Shown here: positions 55,259-64,000 of the stretch, piece by piece
Position numbering within the stretch: the stretch's first letter is position 1
Layout: every line of letters begins with the position of its first letter
From: Candidatus Moranbacteria bacterium GW2011_GWC2_40_12
GTDB lineage: Bacteria; Patescibacteriota; Minisyncoccia; Moranbacterales; UBA11712
NCBI GenBank assembly: GCA_000995965.1
Contig: LBYD01000001.1
Location: forward strand, 279,040-343,039
DNA: 64,000 bases
Reading direction: 5' to 3'
The notes under the pieces: generated by a model
The model's input: only the letters and a program-made list of their open reading frames with translations
Database searches by the model: none
What the model was told of the DNA's origin: nothing
Position numbers and translations under genes: made by a program

Positions 55259-57904
55259 TTACGCCCCGCAACATTTTTTATACTTTTTCCCCGATCCGCA
55301 TGGGCATGGGTCATTGCGGCCGATTTCGGTTTTATTGCGGATAGTCTGGCCGCTTACCCTAGAGCTCAGCTCTAGGGTCGAATCTGAAGCGAATTGCGCC
55401 GGCTGTTCCTCCGCCCCCTGATATTTCGCCTCTTCAAGGATATTTTTTTGCGGAGCCGGCTCTTCTTTCAATAAGCCGACTTTGAAAATATTTGTGATGA
55501 CCGCGATTCGGATGGCTGCCATCAAATTCTGGAAAAGAAGGTAGGCTTCTTTTTTATATTCCACCAGCGGATCCCTCTGTCCGTATCCCCGAAGCCCGAT
55601 TCCTTCCCGAAGATAATCAACATCGTCCAAATGGTTCATCCAAAAAGTATCGATGGCGCGCAGATACATAGCTTTTTCAATCTGGCGCATAATTTCCGGC
55701 TTGATTTCCTGCTCTTTCTTCCCATAAGCTTCTTTGGCCAATCCTTTTAAAAATTCGATAATGGCAGAAACTTTTTGAACATCATTCATGTGATCCTTGG
55801 AGCGCTTGAGTTCCAAAAGTCTCTTGAAAGAGTCCTCATCAACCCGAAAAATTTGTCCCAAAGCATCTTTTATCTCTCCCACATTCCAATCCTCCGCGTG
55901 TCCAGCCGTGTGAAGACCCACAATCTGCTCGATTTCTTCTTCAACCATCCCGATGATTTCACTCTTCAATGTTTCCTTTGTGAGAATTTCTTTGCGTTTC
56001 TTGTATATCACTTCCCTTTGCTTGTTCATCACGTCGTCGTATTCCAAGACATGTTTTCTGATATCAAAATTGAAACCTTCAATCTTGGCTTGGGCGGACT
56101 CGATCGATTTTGAAATAATTTTGTTCTCAATCGGCTGGTCTTCAGGAAGGCCGAAGCGGTCCATGATATTTTTCACCCGGTCGCCGCCGAAACGTCTCAT
56201 CAGCTCATCCTCAAGTGAAACATAAAATTGCGAAGCTCCCGGATCGCCCTGCCGGCCGGCGCGACCGCGCAGCTGATTGTCGATCCTCCGCGCTTCGTGC
56301 CGTTCGGTTCCGATGATGCGAAGGCCGCCCAGACCTGCCACACCCTCGCCGAGCTTGATGTCAGTTCCCCGCCCGGCCATATTCGTGGCAATGGTCACCG
56401 CGCCGCGCTGCCCGGCTTTGGCGATGATAAGCGCTTCCCGTTCGTGATTTTTGGCATTCAAAACTTCGTGCTCGACACCGGTTTTGGCAAGCATGTCCGA
56501 AAGGACTTCCGACTTCTCAATCGCGACTGTACCCACCAGCACCGGCTGTCCCTTTCCGCTGAGGCGCTTTATTTCCTCGATCACCGCCCTGAATTTTCCG
56601 TCTTCGGTTTTGTATACCATATCCGGGTGGTCTTCACGGATCATCGGCACATTGGTCGGTATCGGAACCACATCGAGATTATAAACTTTGGCGAATTCTT
56701 CGGCACTGGTGAGTGCCGTCCCGGTCATCCCGGATAATTTTTTGTAGATGCGGAAATAATTTTGGAAAGTAATCGTTGCCAGAGTCCTTGATTCTTTCTG
56801 CACTTCGACGTTTTCTTTGGCTTCTATGGCCTGATGAAGTCCTTCGGAATATCTTCGCCCCGGCATCAAGCGACCAGTGAAATCGTCAACTATGATGACT
56901 TGCCCGTCCCGAACGACATAATCGCGATCAAGCTTGAATAAAATGTTGGCTTTCAAGGCCTGCTCGAGCTGGTGGACATAGGAAATTTTCGATATGTCAT
57001 AAATATTTCCGATGCCGAGCATTTCTTCGACTCTTCCGATTCCTTTTTCTGTGAGCGACACTGCCCTCATCTTCTGATCAACTGTGAAATCTTCATCTTC
57101 TTTGAGCCGCGGGACGATTTGGGCAAATCGTTTATAAAGTTTGGTTGATTCCGAATCCGGCGCGCTGATGATAAGAGGCGTCCTGGCCTCATCAATCAAA
57201 ATGCTGTCTACTTCGTCCACAATGGCATAATTCAGTTCTCGCTGCACCATTTGGTCAAGACTTTGCACCATATTGTCCCGGAGATAATCGAACCCGAATT
57301 CGTTGTTTGTGCCATAGGTGATGTCAGCCGCGTAGGCCTCGCGTCGCGAAACGGGTCTCAGATTTTCCGTTTCAATGCTAACTTCGTCAGAATCATGAAT
57401 TTTTGGTTCGTACATAAAAGACGCATCATGCTGGATGCTCGCACAAGTGAGACCGAGGAAATGATAAATCGGTCCCATCCAATTCATATCCCGCTTGGCG
57501 AGATAATCATTGACTGTCACCACATGAACTCCTTTTCCTGAAAGCGCGTTGAGATATACTGCGGTAGTGGCTGTATGCGTCTTTCCTTCTCCTGTTTTCA
57601 TTTCGGCAATTTTTCCTTCATGAAGAGTGATTCCGCCCAGGAGCTGGACATCGAAAAGCCTTTTTTCATCCACTCTCTTTATCGCTTCGCGCACTACGGA
57701 AAAAGATTCCGGAAGTATATCATCCGTTTTTTCGCCTCCGCCAGACGGCGGATTCAGCCTCTTTTTGAATTCATTCGTTTTTGCTTTCAGCTCTTCGTCG
57801 GACAGCTTGCTGACCGCCGCTTCGAGTTCGTTTATCTTTTCGACCAAAGGCTGGAGCTTTTTCACTTGCCGTTCGGCTCCGCCAAATAAGCGTTTTAGAA
57901 TCAT
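55259..57904 (-). CDS. secA: preprotein translocase ATPase SecA (with C-terminal zinc finger [14 protein letters not shown])
   Basis: DEAD-like motor domains, full-length alignment to SecA; PE-C palindrome in-frame near C-terminus. Confidence 0.9.
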   Translation of the reverse strand: MILKRLFGGAERQVKKLQPLVEKINELEAAVSKLSDEELKAKTNEFKKRLNPPSGGGEKTDDILPESFSVVREAIKRVDEKRLFDVQLLGGITLHEGKIAEMKTGEGKTHTATTAVYLNALSGKGVHVVTVNDYLAKRDMNWMGPIYHFLGLTCASIQHDASFMYEPKIHDSDEVSIETENLRPVSRREAYAADITYGTNNEFGFDYLRDNMVQSLDQMVQRELNYAIVDEVDSILIDEARTPLIISAPDSESTKLYKRFAQIVPRLKEDEDFTVDQKMRAVSLTEKGIGRVEEMLGIGNIYDISKISYVHQLEQALKANILFKLDRDYVVRDGQVIIVDDFTGRLMPGRRYSEGLHQAIEAKENVEVQKESRTLATITFQNYFRIYKKLSGMTGTALTSAEEFAKVYNLDVVPIPTNVPMIREDHPDMVYKTEDGKFRAVIEEIKRLSGKGQPVLVGTVAIEKSEVLSDMLAKTGVEHEVLNAKNHEREALIIAKAGQRGAVTIATNMAGRGTDIKLGEGVAGLGGLRIIGTERHEARRIDNQLRGRAGRQGDPGASQFYVSLEDELMRRFGGDRVKNIMDRFGLPEDQPIENKIISKSIESAQAKIEGFNFDIRKHVLEYDDVMNKQREVIYKKRKEILTKETLKSEIIGMVEEEIEQIVGLHTAGHAEDWNVGEIKDALGQIFRVDEDSFKRLLELKRSKDHMNDVQKVSAIIEFLKGLAKEAYGKKEQEIKPEIMRQIEKAMYLRAIDTFWMNHLDDVDYLREGIGLRGYGQRDPLVEYKKEAYLLFQNLMAAIRIAVITNIFKVGLLKEEPAPQKNILEEAKYQGAEEQPAQFASDSTLELSSRVSGQTIRNKTEIGRNDPCPCGSGKKYKKCCGA
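55354..55378. repeat. PE-C palindrome copy in-frame in secA (encodes TLELSSRV)
   Basis: TTACCCTAGAGCTCAGCTCTAGGGT identical to 46691-46715. Confidence 0.8.
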
Positions 57905-58053
57905 AATCGTGGTTTTTTATACTTTCCAATATTAACTGATTTACTCAAGAAAGTAAACTTCAATGACCGTAGAATAACAAAAAATGAAGACAGCTCACCA
58001 ATGACAAACGTGAACTGCCTAAAAACCCCTTTATACATAATAATACGTAGATC

Positions 58054-58746
58054 CTAGTCGTGTTTTTCGGTAATTTCCTGCCTGATCTTTTTTAGGATCA
58101 AAGCCGCTTCATCTTTTCCGCCCAATCCAAAGGCAAGGCCGCCGGCCAAGGCCAGCATCGCCACAAAGCCGATAAAGAGCGTATTGATAAGCGAAGCCGC
58201 AATTCCTAGCTGGATAAGCGCCGCCAAAAAACCAAAAATCACAATAGCCCATTTGGCCACCGTCGCGAGAAGAGTCGCGGAAACGATTCCAGCCACTTTC
58301 GTGCTTCCTTTCACAACCGCGAAAACAAAATTGGCGACTAAAAAAGCGACAGCTAAAATAACGGCCGCTACAACTACGTTCGGGAGATAAAGAATGATAC
58401 TGTTGAGGAAATTGGTAACCTGCGTCAGCCTCAGTATGTCTGTTGCCGCCATAAGAAACACCAGAATCAAAAACCATTTGACCAAACCACCCATAAATTT
58501 GGCGACATTGAGCTCCACTCCGACTTTCTTAAACCTGGCTTTTGTCCCGGCTTTTTCCATTACGTCATCCACCTTTATCATCTTGAAAATATGCTCAACA
58601 ACTTTCCCAAGTGCTGCCGCAACAATCCAACCGGCTACAAAAACCAAAATTGCGCCAACAAGAGACGGCACAAAATTCACGAACTTCGCCCAGAGATTCA
58701 AAAGCGACAAAGTGATCGCCTCTCCCCAAGTTTGCACTGATTCCAT
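58054..58746 (-). CDS. hypothetical polytopic membrane protein (conserved TM-helix repeat type)
   Basis: 230 aa, about 6 TM helices, K/E-rich C-terminal tail. Confidence 0.55.
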   Translation of the reverse strand: MESVQTWGEAITLSLLNLWAKFVNFVPSLVGAILVFVAGWIVAAALGKVVEHIFKMIKVDDVMEKAGTKARFKKVGVELNVAKFMGGLVKWFLILVFLMAATDILRLTQVTNFLNSIILYLPNVVVAAVILAVAFLVANFVFAVVKGSTKVAGIVSATLLATVAKWAIVIFGFLAALIQLGIAASLINTLFIGFVAMLALAGGLAFGLGGKDEAALILKKIRQEITEKHD

Positions 58747-58774
58747 TTAATCACCTCCCTTCATGTTAATTTTT

Positions 58775-58784
58775 GTGTTATAAT
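58775..58784 (+). promoter_or_regulatory. extended -10 promoter element TGTGtTATAAT for the plus-strand methyltransferase gene
   Basis: ttttGTGTTATAATcc about 50 nt upstream of ATG. Confidence 0.35.
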
Positions 58785-58831
58785 CCTTTTGGCTATATTG
58801 TATCATATCAATACTAACAAAGACACTTTGA

Positions 58832-59407
58832 TTGTGGATAACTAAAATGAAAAATAATAATTTGTTTTTTAAAGCTTTTATCAAAAATCCTCGCCAAGTT
58901 GGCGCTTTGAAGCAAACTTCAAATTTTGTAATCAAGGAAATTGTTAAGTCAATAGATTTCGAGAAAGCTCGCTGTCTGGTCGAGTTAGGAGGCGGAATGG
59001 GCAATATCACTAAAAAAATAATAAATAAAATGCATCCGGAATGCATTTTATTTTGCTTTGAGATTGATCCAATTTTAGCGAAGCATCTTGCGGAGAAAAT
59101 CCAAGATAATCGGGTGAGAATAATTTCAGACAGTGCTGAAAATATTGGAAAATATCTGCTCCAATCAAATATAGAACGGGTGGATTATGTCATTTCAACT
59201 GTTCCGCTAACAACTATTCCTTATCGCAAAATGAAAGAAATTTTGAAATTATCCTTCCAGTACCTTCGAGGCGGAGGAAAATATATCCAGGTGCAATATT
59301 CACTTCTGGGGCGCCGCTATCTGCGGATGCTATTCCCAAAAATTGGCGTCAACTTTGTTTTCCTCAACATACCGCCGGCTTTTGTTTATATTTGTGTGAA
59401 AAATTAG
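58832..59407 (+). CDS. class I SAM-dependent methyltransferase (small, rRNA/phospholipid MTase-like)
   Basis: VELGGGMGNITKKI glycine-rich SAM motif. Confidence 0.65.
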   Translation: MWITKMKNNNLFFKAFIKNPRQVGALKQTSNFVIKEIVKSIDFEKARCLVELGGGMGNITKKIINKMHPECILFCFEIDPILAKHLAEKIQDNRVRIISDSAENIGKYLLQSNIERVDYVISTVPLTTIPYRKMKEILKLSFQYLRGGGKYIQVQYSLLGRRYLRMLFPKIGVNFVFLNIPPAFVYICVKN

Positions 59408-60459
59408 CCGACTTTCTCCCACGGGAACTCGTCTCGCCCGAAATGGCCGTAAGCGGCTGTTTTTTTGTATATCGGCCGGCGCAAATCAAGTTTTTTGATA
59501 ATAGCATTCGGTTTGAAATCGAATCTTTCTTCAACCGCTTCGCGAATACTCTCGCCTTTTTCATTGAGGGCCTCAACCATGAGAGGCTCCGCTCTTCCAA
59601 TCGCGTATGCGACAGAAACCAGGCATTCCCTGGCCTTCCCCTCAGAAACGAGAGTTTTCGCCACGTAGCGGGCCATATACGCGGCGCTGCGATCCACTTT
59701 TGTCGGATCTTTTCCCGAAAAACATCCTCCGCCATGCGGAATGAGTCCGCCGTAAGTATCGACCATAATTTTTCTGCCGGTAAGTCCCGTATCGCCCTCG
59801 AATCCGCCAATGGCAAATTTGCCGGTGGGATTCACCAGAATTTCAATGCCGGAAATATCGCCGGAAATGGGTTTGACCAATTTTTCAATGAGAGCTTTTC
59901 GAATTTCTTCCTGGATGATATTTTCGTCGTGCTGGGTGCTGATGAGAATTGACCGAACTTTTCCTCCCCTCGTTTCATCTATTGTCACCTGAGCCTTCCC
60001 GTCCGGACCGAGCCATGCAATTTCCCCGCTGGTTCGCAAATTTTCAAGGCCTTTTGTCAGCTTGTTCACCAAAACTACACCGTGCGGAAGAAGTTCCGGC
60101 GTCTCATCCGTCGCGTAGCCATACATAATTCCCTGATCGCCCGCTCCGCCAGTGTCCACGCCTTGGGCAATGTCCGGCGATTGCTTCACGACGTTCGTGA
60201 TGACTTTTATGTCCTTCATATAGCCAATTTCTTTATAAACATCCCGCGCGACTTTTTCAAAGTCCACTTTTGCTTTGGTAGTCACTTCTCCTCCGACAAT
60301 CAAAAGGCCGTGGCCACCGAAGGCTTCCATTGCCACCCGGCTCATCGGATCCTGCTCGAGACACGCGTCCAAAATCGCGTCCGAAATCTGGTCGCAAATT
60401 TTGTCCGGATGCCCGGCTGTCACGCTTTCGACTGTGTAGATCTTTGGTTTGTAGATCAT
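59404..60459 (-). CDS. metK: S-adenosylmethionine synthetase
   Basis: GHPDKICDQISDAILDACL, GGGAFSGKD-like motifs. Confidence 0.9.
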   Translation of the reverse strand: MIYKPKIYTVESVTAGHPDKICDQISDAILDACLEQDPMSRVAMEAFGGHGLLIVGGEVTTKAKVDFEKVARDVYKEIGYMKDIKVITNVVKQSPDIAQGVDTGGAGDQGIMYGYATDETPELLPHGVVLVNKLTKGLENLRTSGEIAWLGPDGKAQVTIDETRGGKVRSILISTQHDENIIQEEIRKALIEKLVKPISGDISGIEILVNPTGKFAIGGFEGDTGLTGRKIMVDTYGGLIPHGGGCFSGKDPTKVDRSAAYMARYVAKTLVSEGKARECLVSVAYAIGRAEPLMVEALNEKGESIREAVEERFDFKPNAIIKKLDLRRPIYKKTAAYGHFGRDEFPWEKVG

Positions 60460-60465
60460 TTCTAT

Positions 60466-60611
60466 TTCATTAAAAATAAAATCTTCCGCATAGGAAGATA
60501 AGAAATTTATATCTTTCCCTTGCGGGCTAGAGGTAGCACCACGTCTAATAAAAATTAGATTGGTTGCTGGCAGGTCGCAGGGCTAGTTCCCTCGCTGCGC
60601 TCTTGATACTC
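60466..60611 (-). promoter_or_regulatory. SAM-I (S-box) riboswitch with terminator expression platform in the metK leader
   Basis: minus-strand AUCAAGAG-CGCAGCGAGGGAACUAGCCCUGCGACCUGCCAGCAACC...GGUGCUACCUCUAGCCCGCAAGGGAAAGAUA matches SAM-I core; followed by AUCUUCCUAUGCGGAAGAU + UUUAUUUUU just before ATG. Confidence 0.7.
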
Positions 60612-60699
60612 GCCCCGACCTTAATGCGTCGGGGCTTTATTCAATTTTCGAAAGATATATGTATTATAGCGTTTTATATATTCGAGTCAAGGACAATAG

Positions 60700-60772
60700 T
60701 GGACCCGAGGGGATTCGAACCCCTCGCCTCCTCGGTGCAAACGAGGCGCTCTACCAAATGAGCTACGGGCCC
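60700..60772 (-). tRNA. tRNA-Ala (anticodon UGC)
   Basis: cloverleaf folds; G3:U70 identity pair; anticodon loop UUUGCAC. Confidence 0.85.
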
Positions 60773-60789
60773 AAATATACAGTTTATCT

Positions 60790-60860
60790 TGTAAGGCTGT
60801 AAAACAAAAAAGGCGCTCGGACCCTGTCCGCCTTTGGCGGAAAATGAGCTACGGGCCCGC
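60790..60860. repeat. element upstream of tRNA-Ala: conserved hairpin (GGCGCUCGGACCCUGUCCGCC) plus direct copy of the first 20 nt of tRNA-Ala
   Basis: aaaatgagctacgggcccgc at 60841-60860 duplicates tRNA 5' end (60753-60772). Confidence 0.6.
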
Positions 60861-60877
60861 AAACCTAGTTCAAGATG

Positions 60878-60990
60878 CAAAAATCAAAATGAAAAATTTT
60901 GGTGTTCGCTTCGCTCACTTATTTTTAAAAAATAATCATCGCGAAGCGATACATTAATTTTGCACTTTTAATTTTGAATTTTCAATTTAT
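60878..60990. repeat. about 110-bp dispersed repeat with inverted TCGCTTCGC/GCGAAGCGA arms (copy 1)
   Basis: about 85% identical to 63068-63175. Confidence 0.7.
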
Positions 60991-60994
60991 TATG

Positions 60995-61068
60995 TGGGCG
61001 ATCGAGGATTCGAACCTCGGACCTCGTCATTATCAGTGACGCGCTCTAACCAACTGAGCTAATCGCCC
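60995..61068 (-). tRNA. tRNA-Ile (anticodon GAU)
   Basis: cloverleaf folds; anticodon loop CUGAUAA. Confidence 0.85.
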
Positions 61069-61118
61069 AAAGTTTGTTTCTTGCTACGTAGTTTGTTACG
61101 TAACGAGGTAAGTAAATG

Positions 61119-61191
61119 TGGGTCGTGCAGGGATCGAACCTGCGACCATCAGCTTAAAAGGCTGCTGCTCTACCAACTGAGCTAACGACCC
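61119..61191 (-). tRNA. tRNA-Lys (anticodon UUU)
   Basis: cloverleaf folds; anticodon loop CUUUUAA. Confidence 0.85.
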
Positions 61192-61214
61192 GTGATTATT
61201 CACTTTAATTTCTA

Positions 61215-61277
61215 TTTTGCAAAAGTCTGTTGCTCGGACCTTGCCCGCCTCTGGAGGGAACTGAGCTAACGACCCGA
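61215..61277. repeat. element upstream of tRNA-Lys: conserved hairpin (UUGCUCGGACCUUGCCCGCC) plus direct copy of first about 18 nt of tRNA-Lys
   Basis: gaactgagctaacgacccg at 61259-61277 duplicates tRNA 5' end (61173-61191). Confidence 0.6.
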
Positions 61278-61335
61278 AAACACATAAAAACGGCCTATAT
61301 CTAGGCAACGATAAAATTATACTATAAAAATAAAT

Positions 61336-61833
61336 TTAGTCAATTCTTTTCCGCACCGCACCCAAATAAATGAGCGGAGCGACAGCCCAGGCAAATCTCC
61401 AGATATCATCTGTGAAAAATTTCCGCGTGGCGGGAGTGATGATGTCAGCCAGTTCCTTGGGTGTGTACCAGTTCAATATGACCGAAAGCGAGAGCCCGAT
61501 CACAATGGCCGTGCCAAGCACCAACTTGACCATCAGCATCGGGCCATGTCCGGAAACACTTCCTCTGATTATTTTCGAGAAAAACAGCACAAATCCCGCT
61601 AAAATAGCCAAAAAAATCAGTACTTTGGCGCTCGGTTCTTTCAGGAAATCAAAATCGGCGAAATTCACCACGACGTAGGCAACATAAACCCCAAGAAGCG
61701 AAACCAGAACCCGATGCTTGCCGAGCGCAAATGAAGCGACAAAACTAACCAGCAGAAAAATAATCAAAAAAGATACGTCGCCCGCCAAATTGCTTTTTAT
61801 CCCCAGGCTGCTAAGTAGATTGTTGAGATTCAT
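61336..61833 (-). CDS. CvpA-like small membrane protein
   Basis: 165 aa, 4 TM helices. Confidence 0.45.
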   Translation of the reverse strand: MNLNNLLSSLGIKSNLAGDVSFLIIFLLVSFVASFALGKHRVLVSLLGVYVAYVVVNFADFDFLKEPSAKVLIFLAILAGFVLFFSKIIRGSVSGHGPMLMVKLVLGTAIVIGLSLSVILNWYTPKELADIITPATRKFFTDDIWRFAWAVAPLIYLGAVRKRID

Positions 61834-61837
61834 GTGT

Positions 61838-61934
61838 TTCTTTACGAATTACGAATACGCTTCGCTCTACGAATATACCAATTACGAATATTTTTACATT
61901 CGTATATTCGTAAGAGATTCGTAATTCGTAAAAG
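61838..61934. repeat. about 95-bp TACGAAT-rich imperfect palindromic element (full copy 2)
   Basis: fills dnaJ-stop to next start codon; about 93% identical to 9248-9340. Confidence 0.7.
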
Positions 61935-63047
61935 TTAACTTTTTAATTTTTCAAAAATTTCTTTCTCCTCTCTCGTAAGGTTTCTGGGTGTGACAACTTG
62001 TATTCTAACATATTGGTCGCCATGCCCAAAACGCGACAAGTGCTTCACCCCGTGCCCTTTGAGGCGAAAAATTTCTCCCGACTGCGTCCCGGCGGGTATT
62101 TTGAGCTTCACTTCGCCACCGATTGTTTCAACGGAAATTTTATCCCCAAGTGCCGCTTGGGAAAAAGAAATTTCGGTTTCAGAATGGATATCATCGCCAT
62201 CACGTTCAAACCTTTTATCAGAAATAACATGGACATTGACATACAAGTCCCCGGCTTCCCCGCCTTTTTCTCCCGCCTCTCCCATGTTTTCAAGCCGGAT
62301 CGTCTGGCCATCCTTGATTCCGGCCGGGATTTTGATTTTGATTTTTTCGTATTCACGCGTCCGTCCATCCCCGCCGCATTTTTTGCATTTTTTTTCCGGA
62401 ATTTTTCCCTCGCCCTGGCACTCGGGACAAACACTCGTTTGCTGAAAAGTTCCCAAAATTGTCCTTCTCGCCGTCCGAATTTCACCTTCGCCCTGGCATT
62501 TCGGACATTCCACTTTTTTACTTCCCGGTTCCACACCTTCACCTGCACAACGCGGGCATTTCACCCTTTTATAAAGTTCAATCTCTTTTTCAACACCCTC
62601 CGCCATTTCCTTGAAAGTTATTTCTGCGTCAACTTGGATATCTTCACCGCGATAACGCCGTCTGCTTCGTCCGCCTCGCGCGCCCCTTCCGAATCCGGCC
62701 TGCTCAAAAATATCCCCAAAAATATCCGAAAATCCGCCTTGCTGGCCTCCGCCAAAATTGAAATCAAAACCTTCCGCATAAGAGGAAAAATCACGAAAAC
62801 CCTCAAAACCAGAAAATCCGCCCTGCGATTGGGCTTGCTCAAAAGTCTGGCCGTATTGGTCATATTGAGTGCGCTTTTCCTTGTCTGAAAGCACCTGATA
62901 GGCCTCATTCACTTCTTTGAACTTCGCCTCATCCCCTCCGGATTTGTCCGGATGGTGCTGATGCGCCAGTTTCCGATAGGCCTTTTTTATTTCATCGTCA
63001 GTTGCGCCTTTGCCAACGCCGAGAATGTTGTAGTAATCTTTGGGCAC
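61935..63047 (-). CDS. dnaJ: molecular chaperone DnaJ
   Basis: J domain HPD, G/F region, four CxxCxGxG repeats. Confidence 0.9.
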   Translation of the reverse strand: MPKDYYNILGVGKGATDDEIKKAYRKLAHQHHPDKSGGDEAKFKEVNEAYQVLSDKEKRTQYDQYGQTFEQAQSQGGFSGFEGFRDFSSYAEGFDFNFGGGQQGGFSDIFGDIFEQAGFGRGARGGRSRRRYRGEDIQVDAEITFKEMAEGVEKEIELYKRVKCPRCAGEGVEPGSKKVECPKCQGEGEIRTARRTILGTFQQTSVCPECQGEGKIPEKKCKKCGGDGRTREYEKIKIKIPAGIKDGQTIRLENMGEAGEKGGEAGDLYVNVHVISDKRFERDGDDIHSETEISFSQAALGDKISVETIGGEVKLKIPAGTQSGEIFRLKGHGVKHLSRFGHGDQYVRIQVVTPRNLTREEKEIFEKLKS

Positions 63048-63067
63048 CGTAATTAATGTAAAATTAA

Positions 63068-63175
63068 AAAATCAAAATGAAAAATTTTGGAACTCGCTTC
63101 GCTCGTAAACTATTTTAAAAAACTATAGTCGCGAAGCGACACCTTAATTTTGCATTTTGATATTTTCATTTTGAA
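63068..63175. repeat. about 110-bp dispersed repeat (copy 2)
   Basis: aaaatcaaaatgaaaaattttgg...tcgcttcgctc...gcgaagcga...ttaattttgca... Confidence 0.7.
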
Positions 63176-64000
63176 TTAAATCGAGTATTCAATCACAGCC
63201 ACTTCTTTTTTCTCCTGGTTCACTTCGACAATCCCGCCCGTCCGGAGCAATTTGATGATGAGCAGAATAAGGAGTCCCAAAAATATATCCACCGCCGTCC
63301 CAAGAATCCGCGCCGTGAGAAACAGTCCAAACGCCAGAATCACGGGAATATAAAATTTTTCCGAACCCGAATATTCAAAAAAGCTTCTTTCCGTCTTGTC
63401 GATATATGCCATCAATACTTCCTTCATCGGCTGCTCTCCTACCACGTTCACTCCGAGCTGTTTAGCAAGGTCTTTTTTTGATTTTTCCAGCATTTCTTCT
63501 CGGATTTGAAAAGCCGTAGCTTCGCCGATTTGCATCGTCGCTTCCGTCGGGCCGCCCGGGATTATATTTTTCGCCGCGGCCATATTCTCATCGATTTTCG
63601 GATCCACAAAATTTTTCGAAAGGAATTCGTCTACTGTCACATTATTCGTAATTTCGTTGGCCAGGACTTTTTTGTCTTCCGGAAGAAATATGCTTGCCGC
63701 TTTGAGGCCCCAATCCATCTCCATTTCAAGCGTTTTTGTTTCAATAAATGTCGGGGAAGGTGCCGCGGACCTTTCCGTGATGGAAAAGTAGTAGGAAATT
63801 GCAATCACAAGGCATACAGTGGTCACAAAATACTTGAGAGTATGGCTGACAATGTGAAAGAAATCTATTTTTATTCCGCGGTCAATTTCCTTTTTTGTCT
63901 GGTATTCGGTAAAGATGAAAAGAAGGACCGCAAATCCAGCTCCCAGAGCTGAAAAGCTTATTCCGAAAAATAGCAGGTACCCGGCTGCGCCGGCAACATA
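63176..64000 (-). CDS. partial CDS (C-terminal part in window) of a hypothetical membrane protein; reading frame stays open to the window end
   Basis: no in-frame stop between 63826 and 64000 on minus strand; hydrophobic segments. Confidence 0.45.
   Translation of the reverse strand, partial: YVAGAAGYLLFFGISFSALGAGFAVLLFIFTEYQTKKEIDRGIKIDFFHIVSHTLKYFVTTVCLVIAISYYFSITERSAAPSPTFIETKTLEMEMDWGLKAASIFLPEDKKVLANEITNNVTVDEFLSKNFVDPKIDENMAAAKNIIPGGPTEATMQIGEATAFQIREEMLEKSKKDLAKQLGVNVVGEQPMKEVLMAYIDKTERSFFEYSGSEKFYIPVILAFGLFLTARILGTAVDIFLGLLILLIIKLLRTGGIVEVNQEKKEVAVIEYSI

Noticed and set aside
60600-60640. GCCCCGAC...GUCGGGGC hairpin as part of the riboswitch expression platform
   Set aside because: It lies 5' of the aptamer on the transcribed strand and has its U-run on the opposite strand; more likely an upstream bidirectional terminator.

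Overview
The window is AT-rich, gene-dense bacterial chromosome with an extreme strand bias: about 60 genes on the minus strand and only 4 on plus. Core content: alaS (truncated), mnmA, secDF, secA, a 4-subunit 2-oxoacid:ferredoxin oxidoreductase operon (porGDAB) plus ferredoxin, rplJ-rplL, ispG, polX, smc (short), rnc, nusB, tyrS, metK (with a SAM-I riboswitch), dnaJ, hpf, htrA, a P-type ATPase, and tRNA-Ala/Ile/Lys. The mix of reduced enzymes, many small hypothetical proteins, a pilin-like gene and a VirD4-like ATPase suggests a reduced-genome lineage such as CPR/Patescibacteria (inference only).

Main result: a REP/RAYT-like system. Two IS200/IS605-type Y1 transposases (RAYT-like) are each flanked by their own 21-23-nt perfect palindrome. 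Identical palindromes are also inserted in-frame inside mnmA, secA, a DUF2207 gene and the RAYT genes themselves. A 560-bp array of six diverged 23-nt palindromes lies next to RAYT-2.

Other notable points:
- A roughly 2-kb GC-rich island carrying a TraT-like lipoprotein.
- A SecD with an inserted parvulin PPIase domain.
- Three tandem pairs of small Cys-rich ORFs with strong SD sites.
- Two families of dispersed ~100-bp intergenic repeats.
- Partial 5' copies of tRNA genes upstream of tRNA-Ala and tRNA-Lys.
- A poly-C/poly-A tract in the promoter spacer of a PilX-like gene.
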